Positions 1-11,771 are shown, counted from the first letter of the whole stretch. The stretch is 62,904 nt of DNA, filler included, from Olpidium bornovanus S191 (GCA_017911155.1; 27 parts of 27 records of this genome joined end to end with filler, not necessarily neighbours in it); one strand, 5' to 3'. Translations and numbers: made by a program. Notes: generated from the letters alone by a model not told the origin.

Positions 1-322
1 CCCCCCCCCTCTCCCCCCCCCCCCCCGGGGGGGGAAGGGGGGGGGGGGGGGGAGGAAAAAGGAAGCGCGGACGTGTGCGGTGCCGCCCGGCCTGTTCTTT
101 CACGGCAAAAGGCCCCGTTCTCTCTCGCGCACGGCTCCGGCACTACGCAGGCGTGCCAAACGGGGAAGAAGCAAGGCTTCCCGCTCCCTCACCCTCCCCT
201 CTCCGCGCGCGCGGCCGGCAAACGATCGTCACGCCGTCCGCGCAAGAAACTAGCGAAACTGCCCGCACCGACGAAACATACACATACATATATTTAACCT
301 ACAAGTTATTTGTTTTCCACAG

Positions 323-370
323 AAAACAAACCGTGCTGAACGAGGAGGAGCAGGAGGAGGATGAGGAGTG
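323..370 (+). CDS. Probable terminal exon of an unidentified gene (acidic C-terminus KQTVLNEEEQEEDEE*)
   Basis: Pyrimidine tract plus CACAG acceptor at 318-322, then an open acidic frame to TGA. Confidence 0.35.
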
Positions 371-433
371 AAAGGCGGGGGAATTAATTTTTTTCCTTTT
401 CTTTCCTTTTTTTTTTTTTTTTTTTTTTTTTTC

Positions 434-871
434 TCAGAGCAGCTTCCGTTTCTTCTTCACCGGCTCGGTCACGGGGGCGAACTTCCTGCGAGCGCCGCGG
501 GCCTTAGCGAACTCGGCGTCCTCCTTCAGCCGGCGGTCGAACCTGCCGACCGAGGCCGTGGACGTCCGGCTGATCTTCAGGGACGCCTCCAGCGCCGCCG
601 CTTTTCTGGCGCGCTCGTCCTTGGAGCCCAGCCCCGCCTCCCCGGGCCGCCGCCGCTTCCCCGGCCCGCCCGCGACGGCGGCCAACGCCGCGAGGTCCGC
701 GCCGGCGTCGTCGCCCGCTGCCCGTGCCTCCCGCGCATTGTCGCCCGGCGCCGCGCCGCGGCCGGCCGTCTTATTCTTCTTCTTCGTCTGGTTCTTCTCG
801 GCGGCGGCGGAGGCTGCGGCGCGCGCCTTCGCGGCGCGCGGCCTCTTGGCGGGCGGCTTCGGCCGTCGCAT
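434..871 (-). CDS. RRS1-like C-terminal segment
   Basis: LKISRTSTASVGRFDRRL...RRKFAP resembles the STASVGRF..RL...KRKF motif of long (metazoan-type) RRS1 C-termini. Same strand and downstream of the RRS1 core; the splice link to the core is not clear. Confidence 0.6.
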   Translation of the reverse strand: MRRPKPPAKRPRAAKARAAASAAAEKNQTKKKNKTAGRGAAPGDNAREARAAGDDAGADLAALAAVAGGPGKRRRPGEAGLGSKDERARKAAALEASLKISRTSTASVGRFDRRLKEDAEFAKARGARRKFAPVTEPVKKKRKLL

Positions 872-1443
872 TCTTCGCCTCCGTCAATTCGGGGCGGGGG
901 GGGAAAAAAGGGCGGGCTGGCGTGCCTCGGACGAGGGTGAGTGGGAGCGGAGGAGGCGGAAGAAGCCACCGAACCCTTTGTCTTCCCCCTGCCGGTTTTC
1001 TCCCGCGGTCACGTGCCGAGAAAGGGGGTGGCGCCCTCCGACCGGCCCACCCGCACATTTTCGCTTTCGTTACCAAAAGGGATTACCCGCCCGCCCCGCC
1101 GAACAGACGCCCGCCGTTTTCGATTCAGCCGCGGCGCGAACCCGCTCGCCCAAGTCGGGGCCGTTTCCCGCGCATTTAAAAAGACCCTCCCGCTTTCCTG
1201 ACACGCAGATTATAATTGACCCCCGGGGGAAGTTTCGTCCGCCGGCGTTCTCGCACGGCGAAAGGGCGCCAGCCGGGGGACCGGTGATATGGCCGGCTCC
1301 GCCCGAGCGGACCCAAACGAGCCGAAGCTGCTCGTCGAAAGAAAAAGATCCGCGCGCCCCGTTGGGCGTAACAACCTCGGCGCGAGAAGAGGAGGAGGCG
1401 CGGAATGAAATGCGTGCAATTGGGGCGGGAGCTTTGGAAATGA

Positions 1444-1593
1444 TGAAAATGGATGCCTCCCCTCCTTCCCTCTTCTTCCTCTTCCCCCTTCGGTACCAAG
1501 CCCAGCAGAGCCCAACCCTGAAAATGGATGCCTCCCCTCCTTCCCTCTTCTTCCTCTTCCCCCTTCGGTACCAAGCCCAGCAGAGCCCAACCC
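1444..1593. repeat. Exact 75-bp tandem duplication
   Basis: tgaaaatggatgcctcccctcc...cagagcccaaccc starts at 1444 and again at 1519. Confidence 0.95.
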
Positions 1594-1675
1594 CCCCCAT
1601 CTTCCTCCCCGCCGCTATCGGTACTGCACATCCTCCCTTTGCGCCAATTAATTTTTTTGCGTGCGGAAAAATTAT

Positions 1676-2952
1676 TCAGCGGCGGGCTTGTCGCGGTCGT
1701 TTCGCGCGGGCCGCCGCGCTCTTTGCCGCCTTCGCCACAGCCTCCTCCTCGTTCCTCCTTTGCCGCTTCCTGTTCTTTTCGACGCGCTCCTTCTTGTCCG
1801 CCCTCGACTTGGCGAACTGGTCCTCCATCGGGTCGGCGTCGGCGGGGACCTCGATGAGCCAATCCCGTTCGTCCCCGCCCTCCGCCCGCGCCCGGCCGTA
1901 GCCCCAGCGGGGTTTGTACTCCTCCGTCTCCTCGTCCAGGACCATCCTGTCCCTCTTCGTCCTCTTTTTGATGCCCTTCGCCTCCGCAAACGCTTCCCAC
2001 CGCGTCTTTTCCTTCGGCTTCGGGATCGGCTTTTCCCGCGGCAGGACCGTCGTCGGCGCCTTGGGCAGCTCAGCCATGACCCCCTCGTCGGTCGACGACG
2101 TCGGGAGGGCAAAGATCTCGTTGACCAGGACCTGGGTGGCGTCTCTCGCCACCTCCAGGAGGTAGGCGTCCCGCGCAGACGACCTGGACAGGAAAAAAAA
2201 AAAAACAAAAAAGAAAAGCGCACAAAGGCACCCAGGTTGCGCGTGAGTTGCCGCACAGGGAAGACGAAACGCAAATGTCCCGAAACTGCTCTCGGCTCCT
2301 ATTCCCCCGCGGGATCCAAACGCGGCGGCAACACCCCCCCCTGGCCCCGCCCGCCTCTCTTCTTTTTCTTTCTCTCACTTTAGCTTCTTCTCGTCAAGCG
2401 CGTTGTTATCGAATGCCGCCATGTGGTGCAGGTCGAGGTCGACGGGGACATCCTTTTCCACGGTAGTCGGTTTGCTATGGAAAAACGGGGGAAGGGGAAA
2501 GGGGGGCGAGTTCTCTTCGGTGAGCTGGAAGCGGGAAAAAACGCCAGGCCGGAAGACGATTTCTTCCCGCAAGATTCAGGGTACGCGCTAACGACGGCGG
2601 GCGAAAAAGGGGGGGGGGGGAGGAAGACAGCCGCGCGCACACAGGAACCCACGCACACGAGGCAGAACGGGGCCTCAGCGGACCGAAGCCCGAAACAAAG
2701 CCCGCAAAAATGCGGGGGGGTCACGGTCGCAAAAGCAAGGAGAGCGGGAAAGGGCCGGGTCCCGCGGAGCGGGGCTTTTGTGGAGGAAATGCGTCGGAGG
2801 GGGGGGGGGGACAGGGCGCGCGAGCAGCTCGGTTTAATCGCACGATCCACAGGCCGCACCCGCGGGCCGGGCTCGCGGGGAGGGCGATTCGGGGGAGGGG
2901 GGGGGGGCTCACAACTTGGTCTTGTGCGCCTCCAGCGCGGCAGTTACGTCCA
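1676..2952 (-). CDS. RRS1: Ribosome biogenesis regulatory protein RRS1 (multi-exon core)
   Basis: Spliced MDVTAALEAHKTK-FKPTTVEKDVPVDLDLHHMAAFDNNALD; RDATQVLVNEIFALP; LPREKPIPKPKEKTRWEAFAEAKGIKK; YKPRWGY; WLIEV; KNRKRQRRN are all RRS1 hallmarks. ATG at 2952, exon 2 from about 2475, exon 3 from about 2186. Confidence 0.93.
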
Positions 2953-3000
2953 TAGCCGGTCTGCTGCTGCTGTCCGGTCGGCGGGTCGCGTTTGGCGGTT

Positions 3001-3048
<48 letters not shown>

Positions 3049-3050
3049 GG

Positions 3051-3151
3051 GGGGAAAGGGGGGCGAGTTCTCTTCGGTGAGCTGGAAGCGGGAAAAAACG
3101 CCAGGCCGGAAGACGATTTCTTCCCGCAAGATTCAGGGTACGCGCTAACGA
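3051..3151. repeat. 101-bp exact copy of 2494-2594 at a contig end, next to a long poly-T (probable assembly artefact)
   Basis: Direct sequence identity of ggggaaaggggggcgagttc...gcgctaacga. Confidence 0.9.
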
Positions 3152-3251
3152 NNNNNNNNNNNNNNNNNNNNNNNNNNNNNNNNNNNNNNNNNNNNTTAAT
3201 TAATTAANNNNNNNNNNNNNNNNNNNNNNNNNNNNNNNNNNNNNNNNNNNN
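3152..3251. other. Artificial contig spacer (first of 26)
   Basis: N44-TTAATTAATTAA-N44, exactly 100 bp, with stops in all six frames. Same spacer starts at 5405, 7744, 10569, 11969, 14011, 16326, 18532, 19907, 23452, 26328, 27756, 31019, 33171, 34273, 37903, 41199, 43979, 46139, 49904, 51297, 52758, 56387, 58141, 59326 and 61105. Confidence 0.99.
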
Positions 3252-4995
3252 CATGGAACGGTGGGCAGACCTGCAGCCCTTGCTGACCGACTTTTGTCCT
3301 CTGCTGTGCTACCTGAAAAATTTGTTGGCTTTGGAGTGCCTGCTGCCCAAAGGGGTGCTGGCCAAGTTGTGTATCTTGCTGAAAGACCTGGTAACCTTGC
3401 GAACCAAGCCGAAGAACCGATCCGGCCCCGCAGGAAGAAGTCAGGAACTGGTTTCCGGCGGAAGAGGCCGGGGGCGGTATATGCTGCACGCTGTACTGCT
3501 GTCGCTGCTGCTGCTGCTGCTTGTGTTGCTCTTGCCGGTGGTGATTGTCGGCCGCCACGGCGGGACGCGGGTTTTCCGACAACAAGATCGGCCCGCTCGG
3601 ACGGTACGTGTGCGCGGCTGCGTGGCCGCCGCCCTTTAGCGGATCTCTGTCTTCGCTGATCGCGGCCTGCCGGTTGCGTTCGCGGGCAGCAGGGGTGCGC
3701 GCGGCCGACGCGACGGCCGGCCGAGCGCGATGGCAACCTGCCGCCCGGCCGGCCGCGTCGCCTTTCGCAGCTAACTTGTTCTCGACCGCGGCTGCTGCCG
3801 CCCTGCCCGCGGGCGGCTTTTCCGGTTCGACAATGCCCAAACCCGCACCAGCGAGCTGCGGGTCTTCGTGTGTTCCGCCGGCGCTTTTTGCCCGCAGAGT
3901 CGACGGGACCGGCCCCGGCGCTTCCGCGTGAGCCGCGCAACCGTCAGGGCGCTGGAGGTCGTTACGCTTGCGCACGCCCGCCTGCCCGCTCAGTTTGGTG
4001 ATTATGCGAAGGCTCTTCTTTTTGGACGGGCCGGAAAACCTTTGTCGGATTTCAAAATTTTTCGCAGCTCGTAACGGCATATGCCATCCCGGTAAAGGCA
4101 CACTCGAAACGGACAGCCTACCGGAACGCTCGGGTACTGCGAAACCTGGTTGAAATCGACCGGCGGCCGGCCGCTCACATTCGTTCCGCACTGCCATTCA
4201 TTGTTTGCGAAAATCGCCGTCCGGTCGTATTTGGGGGAAAAGCAAGCGGATCAGCTCCGCGGTTTGGGAGTTTGCCATCGCAACCCGCTTCCCCCCTTCC
4301 CCATGGCGCCGGGGCGGGAAGGGGTGGGTTGCGCCAATTTTTATTATTATTATTATTATTATTACTTACGGTACACCAGCCCTCGTCGTCCTTGGTATCT
4401 TCGCCGTCCGGGCTTGGGCTCCCTCCGACGGCGCTGCCTGCTCCCGACATGCGTCGGTTTATTTTTCGGCGATTACTCTCGGTGTCAGCGGGGAAGGGGC
4501 CCAGGATCCGTTTTGCTGCCCGCAATCGGCGGGGTCCGACGTACCCTGGCCGAGTCTTGAGCACCTCTTCGATGAAATAACGGGACGGTTCCTCCCTTTC
4601 GACACGTTCTTCCGGGAACCATTCGGTCCAGTCGCCGTCGACGGGCTGCCGAGTTCGTAACGTCGCCCCCAAAGAAGTTTGGCTGGCTGACGTCTGCCAT
4701 CGTCCGGACCAGCGCCTGCTGCCGCCGCCGCCCTCCGCCTCCTGCCCGACCTCGTCCTCTTTTGATGCAACCAATTGACGAGCACCATGACGGTGTCGGC
4801 CTCCATGTCGTCCAACGGCCGGCCGGCCAGTTTGCCCATTTCTTCGCGCGGGATTGGCGCGACGTCCCCGCTTTCGCCATCAGAGATTAGATCACCGGTA
4901 TCATAACTCTTTACGGACCTGCCGCCTCCTTCTCCTTGGTTCTCCTCGACGCGGTTCGGCGGACGTCCGACGGCTACGCCTTTGGAAACGCCCAT
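3252..4995 (-). CDS. Hypothetical low-complexity protein fragment (acidic, Ala-rich and poly-Gln segments)
   Basis: Chained minus-strand ORFs 4459-4995, 4175-4774 and 3196-4197 with QQQQQRQQY and Q-rich tail; no family recognised. Confidence 0.4.
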
Positions 4996-5504
4996 CGTTT
5001 TGCAGTCCTCCTATCCCTCCAGGGCCGCCGTTGGAGGAAGGCTCGACCAACGGCAGGCTCGAGAGTCGAGCCCGGAGCGGGTGCGTCCTTTCGGGAGCCC
5101 GCCCGCCGCCAGAGACGAGAGAGGCAGGGGGGCGCAATGTATTGCTCTGGTCACCGGGAGGCAGGCCGCTCCTTCCTCCCTATTCGGCGGCGGCGCGGGC
5201 GGACGGACGGACGCAGCGGGAGGGTGGTGGGGAATAGAAAGAGGGAGAAAGAGAGATGGGGAGAGAGAGAGATGAGAGAGAGGAAAGGGTTCGCATTTTT
5301 TTCCGTCAAGGCGTGCGCCGCTGCGATTGGTGGGGACCGTTTTTTCCCCCGCGCGTCTCAACGCGGCCGCGGTTGGTGATTTTTTTTTTTTCGCCGCAGG
5401 CTGGNNNNNNNNNNNNNNNNNNNNNNNNNNNNNNNNNNNNNNNNNNNNTTAATTAATTAANNNNNNNNNNNNNNNNNNNNNNNNNNNNNNNNNNNNNNNN
5501 NNNN

Positions 5505-7743
5505 CACGACGGCCGTGAACCAGTCAAACGTCGGCGGGCCGAGCGCGGCACCCGAGTCTTCACGCGTCCGCTGTAGCGAGAGGACATTGTTCACGCGCCG
5601 CAGCAGGGTCGCCATCTCGGACATGTGCTTCTCCACGCGCACCGACGTGTGAAACCGCGCCGCGTGCTCCGCGAACAGCCGGGTGCCGAGTTCGCCGAGT
5701 TTTTCGGATTCGGGTGTCTGGTAATATCGAGTTGGTTTGACGTTTACTTTAGACCGTGACGCAACGCCCCAGGTAAACGAAGTCGAAGCCGCGGACAAGC
5801 GTTGGCAATTTCTCAATCAACAATTGCATGTTGTGCACAAACCGGAGGAGTGAATACTCCCTCGACTGGTTTCAGCCTCCCCAGGAAGGCCCAGTCTTCG
5901 GATTTGGCGGGAGCTCCTTCAACCGTAGCCAGCATGTTGGCCTTGGTGGCCCTTGTTATGACCTTGCGCATCCAAGCCAGCGGAAGGAAAAACGAGGTCT
6001 TCTCAGAATGCCGCCGCTCAGCCCAGGTGGCTAGACAATCAAAGAGTAGTTTCTTGACGTCACAGTGTGTGTCAGGCTCTCGATGTTCACCGCACGGTCC
6101 CAGAACGAACTACGCCGCCGACTCACTTGGCATTGCTCGAACCAGCCGGCTGCGTCGGCGGTGATATCCCGCTCTAACCACCAATTGAACTCGCACATCG
6201 CTCTTCAAACGAGCGGAGTCAACCCATCTGTAGTAAGATCAGACGGCCTAATAATTCGCGCGAGTCTTTCCAAGCGCTTGCTCTCACCTTTCATTTAACA
6301 TGACAGACTCGCTCACGAATGTCGCGGTCACGTTTGGGATGTAAATTTTGGGTACCGGCAGCTCCGAAAACAGAAGAGGCGGAAGTGGCGTATCGGACAG
6401 CGGGATGGGCTTCGCCGATTCGTCGTTCACCTGGGCGGGCGGGAGTCGACGCTCCGTCGGTCCTCCCATGAGCGTCGCGTTCATGATGATCCGGTTTCGG
6501 AGGACAGAGTTCTCGTCAATAACAATTATTGCTTCGTCCGTATCTGCCAGTGCGAGATATCACCGTGTGCCCTGTCAGCATGCGTGATACATGAACGCAA
6601 ACCGGTCCGTTCCTCTCCCCAGTGACTCCACCGTCTATAACCCTGTTCGCGGCCTGAAGCTCCAGGAGCCTGTTGATGAAGTCGAACTCCGTAAGAAGCA
6701 AGAGATTGGAGTCCAGAGAATTTGAGAGTAGAGATGCGAGTCGTAATCCGATCTGCATGGACGATTTGAGTTTTTCAATCGCATTGCCTACGAGCTATTG
6801 CCTCAGGCGAAGTGCCGCAGCAAACTCACGCTGTGGCTCTCCTCAATGCAGACAAGCTCGTCCGGCGTGCCCACGGCGAACTCCGAGCCCTTCCGCGGCC
6901 TGTCCAATTGGTCTAGCAACACCAGGCGCCGGAACAGCGTCACAAAGGAAAGTTTCCCGCCTGATGCAAACGGGTCGGAGTGGCCCGCATTTGCCCGTGC
7001 TCGCTCCAGCTCTATCACTGCCCGCAGGCCAGGGTACGACACGAACGCTTTTGAAACTGTTGCTATTACTTTCCGAGATGAGTGGTCGTCGAAATCAGTC
7101 TGTGGGTGTGCATCCAGGATGGTCAAAATGGTCGAGAAACGTCAAGTGTATGTGCACCGGCGATCTGCTGTTCAAAACCGATTGGCGTACAACGCAAACA
7201 ACCATGGAGAATCATCTAAACGAAAGGATATGAAAAGGCAACGATGACCCCTTTTCGAACTGCAGCATACTCCAGAGATCTCCAAGAAAGCTCGGAATGA
7301 GGCCGGCGTTGTACAGGGCGCGCATACCGGGCGCAGTGGCAGCGATCTGCGAAACCAGCACCCCGTAACCAAACTTTTCGCACTTCGAAACCTGCATTTT
7401 CTTACGGTACCTACAGAATCGTTTAAATTCTACACGAAATCCGCTTTCGCTGATAGCCCTGAAAGGACACTAAAACGACACCATCATTGCCGCGCACCTT
7501 TGATACATGTAAGCGACGCAGTCGTCCATTGCTCCGCTCTGCTGGAGCAGGGACACGCCACGCGGCGTACCGGCAAAATTCAAAAGGTTGTCCAGCGTCG
7601 CATCCCGCCACTCTTCCTGGGCCATGAAGGGTGTGACCGCACAGGCGGCTTCGCCGTTCGCTGGCCTAGAGGACTCGACCGTACAGGCATCCCTTTGTGC
7701 GGGAGGAACGCCGCTCGCGCCGACGTCCAGGGCGCCGGTACCG
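5505..7743 (-). CDS. TBC1D32: Broad-minded / TBC1D32 homolog, internal multi-exon fragment
   Basis: Colinear blocks match BROMI as I recall it: KFGYGVLVSQIAATAPGMRALYNAGLIPSFLGDLWSML; FVSYPGLRAVI; LFRRLVLLD; GLRLASLLSNSLDSNLLLLTEFDFINRLLELQAAN; IIDENSVLRNRIIMNATLMGGPTERRLPP; LFSELPVPKIY; FDWFTAVV. Confidence 0.85.
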
Positions 7744-7845
7744 NNNNNNNNNNNNNNNNNNNNNNNNNNNNNNNNNNNNNNNNNNNNTTAATTAATTAAN
7801 NNNNNNNNNNNNNNNNNNNNNNNNNNNNNNNNNNNNNNNNNNNAC

Positions 7846-8208
7846 ATGTTCAAACTGCCTGAACCATCATCTATTGCCTCAAGTTCAAACACTCGAAGTT
7901 ATGATATGTTAGATAATGATAGTGATGTAGAACAGGCAAAGGAGCCTGAACAGAAGAAGCAAAGGAGACAATATGGTCCAATATCAAACAAATAGGTTGA
8001 AGACTTTATAGTTGCCTTTTTAGGCAGTAATAAACCTGAAGTTTGGTCAAAGGATAAATGAAAATGTTTGATTGATTTTGCAAAGTCAAATGCTACTACT
8101 ATATGGTCAAAATTTTCACAATTTCCAGACAAAGAGGCATTAAAGAAAAAGATTACGGAACCAAAATATAATCTGCCTGAAACAGTAAAGTATAAAACCC
8201 TTATATAG
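7846..8208 (+). pseudogene. AT-rich decayed reading frame with two in-frame stops
   Basis: MFKLPEPSS...PISNK*VEDFIVAFLGSNKPEVWSKDK*KCLIDFAK...YKTLI*. TAG at 7993 and TGA at 8059; only about 2 CpG in 360 bp versus a CpG-rich background. Confidence 0.5.
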
Positions 8209-8360
8209 ATTTAACTTTGTAAATTAGATATAAATCCTTTTTCTATTATAAAAATATATAACAGAATAAAGGGAAAAAAGCTCCATTGCGGTTCATAGTG
8301 GCACAGGAGGATGAGGAGAGGGGGATAAGAGGAGGTTAGTGATGAATGATGGATGTAGTG

Positions 8361-8413
8361 ATACACAACAAATACACAACAAATACACAACAAATACACA
8401 TCAATACACATCA
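8361..8413. repeat. Minisatellite (ATACACAACAA)x3 plus (ATACACATCA)x2
   Basis: Direct reading. Confidence 0.9.
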
Positions 8414-8736
8414 AGAAAATTTGATTTAGGTTTGGCAGGGGTTTCAGGTTAACCGGCGCCGTTCCCCGGCAGTGCGTTTAGGCACATTGAACCTTCTGTT
8501 TCTGATTTGTTTTTCCCGGTGTGTCAGCCAGGGACCAAGAAAGGGCCGACAATGCTCACAAACGGCCCGAACCGTGTGTGCGTTTTTAAGTTTCTTCTTT
8601 ATTTCTTTTTTTTTCTTTTGTTGTAATCTAAGGTTCGTAAATCGCTGTTTTCGGGCGATTTTTGTTTGGCGGCGTGCGTCCCAAACTTGTCGTGGGTGGA
8701 GGGGAGAAGGGAGGGTTGTCCCAGCGCCACGTGCTG

Positions 8737-10568
8737 CTAAAATGACCCGTTGTTAACCTGCCAAGTGCGCCGGGGAGAACGCGAAAGGGGGGAAAGGGGG
8801 AGAGGGAGGCGACCGACGCAAGGAATCGAAGGGAAACCGCGATGCCCGAATTCAAGATCGAACGAAAACGCGGGGGGGGGGGGGGGGGGGGGAGGGGAGG
8901 GGGGGGGGGGGGGGGGTCCGGAGAATGTCAGCGATTTTGATTCGTATAATTTAATGCAACGAAAATGCTGCGGCGCCGCGGACAAAACGAAACGCAGGAA
9001 CCCCGGGGAACGCGCCTTTTCTTTCAACGTGGCGAGGTACTGGTTGTAGCTGAGGTCTTCGCCTGTCCTGTCTTCGACAAGCAGCGAGCAGAACCACGGG
9101 CGCAGCGACGCGTGGCCGTCGTCCTTGACCATGTAGGTGTGCGGGAAAATCTTTGACCGCATATGTGCGCGGGTGTACGACATGATCAGATGGGTCGCGA
9201 CCGACACGTCGGTGTCCAATACAGGCAAGATGAACTGTGGTGGGGGGGGGCGGGGGGGAGTTTGTTGGGGTAGAAAAGGGAGCGCAAGGTGGTGCAAAGA
9301 AACAGATTGATTGGAATAATCGTTAAAAAGCGGGCTCAAAAAAGGGCGCGCGGGCCCGCGCCTCCCGAGAGACGACGGGATTCGACATCCACAAACCTTT
9401 CCAGACCGGAGAGCGTCGACGTTCGGCGCATCGAACAGGTCCATGCAGAGCTGCGGATGCGTGTTCCGGCCGACCGACAAAAACGAGACCTCTCCCGTCT
9501 GCAGGAGGTACACGCCGTGCTGCTCCAGCTTTTCCGCAGAAAGGTTCACCGGCGGCGGCATGCCCAGCCGGCCGCTTTCGTCTGGGCTGCCGACGTTCGG
9601 AGGCAGCCGGTGAAGGGCGTATAATTTCGGGTAGATGTAGGGTATGAGGGCCTCAGGCGGCAGAATGTTGAGAAGCGACATCGCGAAGCTCCGCAGGTCT
9701 ATCGGGATCCGGCTCGAGCCTTGGAACGCGACCTGGCGAGGAAACGTAACGTCACGCCCAAACAACCATCCGTCTCACCCGCCGCTTTCCCATTTCGTCG
9801 CACGCCGCGTGACGTAAAAAGACGAAGGAAGTCAAGGGCAACACCCCGACCGTCCGACCCGCAGATCAGGCGAAGCCCTCTCACGTGTTTGGTTATGCCG
9901 AGGACGAGGAGTGGCAAAAGTTTGAGATTGTTACATAATGTGAGTTGCGACGTGGCGCCCGAGGAAGAGGCCGTCAGGCAGGTTTTGTACACGCCGAGAA
10001 TGTCGACGACCTTGTTCAACAGAGCGGCGCGCGCGTCTTCCAGTTTCGCGGTGAGAGCGCATTTCACGGCTGTTTCGCGAAGTCGCGTGGGAATCAGGGT
10101 GACTTTTCTGGGAGGCGCTTCCCCCGCTTCCCGGAACGTGGCTTTCCCCGTACCTTTTTTCGCCAAAAGGCTCGCCACCGCCAGCTGATCCACCGACGCG
10201 TACAGGTCTTGCATTCTGCTTGTTACCGGCAAGGCCAACGTCACGACGCGAATGCGCCTCTCGCCTGCAAAATGATGACTCCGTGCCGTCAGTTCTGCAT
10301 TTCTTCTCCACATTTCCCGAATCGCCGGCCTGTTTGCGTGAAGCGAAAAAAATGGTGGCGAAGTCCAAGCTGACCGTAACATGTCGTGTGCAGCAGAGCG
10401 GTTTGGAACGACACAACGGAGGCGTTGATATTTTCATCGATGGCGACCTCCGCGGCGTACGAGTGATCGGGCGTCACGCTGGGGAAGGCCAAGAGGTCCG
10501 TGGACCGCACGAAAAAGTTGCCGAGGTAGGCCGTCATCCTGAGGCCTTTTGACACCCGCACGCGCATG
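8737..10568 (-). CDS. SEC24: COPII coat Sec24, C-terminal multi-exon fragment
   Basis: MRVRVSKGLRMTAYLGNFFVRSTDLL; FQTALLHTT; ERRIRVVTLALPVT; NNLKLLPLLVLGITKH; YIYPKLYALH; NLSAEKLEQHGVYLL; LVEDR...SYNQYL; last exon VNNGSF*. Confidence 0.95.
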
Positions 10569-10930
10569 NNNNNNNNNNNNNNNNNNNNNNNNNNNNNNNN
10601 NNNNNNNNNNNNTTAATTAATTAANNNNNNNNNNNNNNNNNNNNNNNNNNNNNNNNNNNNNNNNNNNNGCGGGGGGGGGCGGGGGGGGGGGGGGGGGCCC
10701 GCCGCGGAGCCGTTGGCCCTGCGCTATGCGCACTAGACCGGAGCTGCCCTTCCCCCCCCCCCCCCCTCCCCGCACGCACCCACAGACACACTCCGAAAGG
10801 TGGCCGGCGGTGACGGCCTGAAATTCGTCGCCGACGCCGACTCACTTCCAAACCTTACCGCTGCCGGCCCCCCCCCCCTTTCTCTCCGCCCTTTACACAA
10901 CGCGCCCGCGCACACAAACGCTCGACCTAG

Positions 10931-11771
10931 GACGAGCATCCCCTTGACAAGCGGATCGCGGAGTCCCAGAGGATCCGAGAGAAGTATCCCGTGCGTACGG
11001 CGGCCGGCAGGTCCATCGCGGCTTTTAGTGCGCCGCTGGGCGAGGACTAAACGCTGCTGTCCCTCTTCGTTTTGGTGTTTTTTCCCATTTTTTTTCCGTT
11101 TTCCTTTTTTCCCTTGCAGGATCGTATCCCAGTAAGCTCGCGCGACCCCCACCCCCTCCCCCCCCCTCTTTCGATCTTTCTCGCTGACGGGGCACTCATA
11201 TTCCGTTCGTGTTGCCGTCTGTACCGTGCTGATCTCGGCTCACCGATGCGACCCATCTGCCCGGCCTCCCTCGCTCTCGAGGTTATCTGCGAAAAAGTCG
11301 AGAAGTCAGACATCGCAACGATCGATAAGAAGAAGTATCTTGTCCCTGCGGACCTCACGGTCGGGCAGTTCGTCTATGTCATCCGCAAGCGCATTAAGCT
11401 CAGTCCGGAGAAGGCCATCTTCATATTCGTCAACGACATCCTGCCGCCGACCGCCGCGCTCATGTCCTCGATCTACGACGAGCACAAGGTCGGGGTTGAC
11501 TGGTTTTTTTTTGCGGCCGATTGTGTTCTGCCGCGCGTGCGCGGAGCGGGACCCCGTGCCCTCAAACAGGGGAGCTCATTTTTGTCCGTTTCTGTTGCCC
11601 TGCAACTATCAGGACGAGGACGGGTTCCTGTACATCACGTGAGGGGACGCTCCGTGATGCACCCATTATCGCCAGTTCCGCCGCTTGGCCGCGGCGTTTC
11701 GAACGCGCTGACAACGGTTCTTCCCGCACTCGGCTTGCAGGTACTCGGGAGAAAACACTTTCGGCATTTGA
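10931..11771 (+). CDS. ATG8: Autophagy ubiquitin-like protein Atg8 (first codons not located)
   Basis: Exons [20 protein letters not shown] | DRIP | [50 protein letters not shown]...YDEHK | DEDGFLYIT | YSGENTFGI*. Confidence 0.97.

Noticed and set aside
558-1901. Long GC-rich ORFs such as 558-1901(+), 12144-13433(+) and 31195-32376(+)
   Set aside because: Shadow or antisense frames of real genes, or read-through of homopolymer introns; low-complexity R/P/G/A translations.
3196-3207. TTAATTAATTAA as a recurring regulatory element or repeat (PacI-like)
   Set aside because: Always centred in exactly 44+44 Ns; a synthetic six-frame stop linker.
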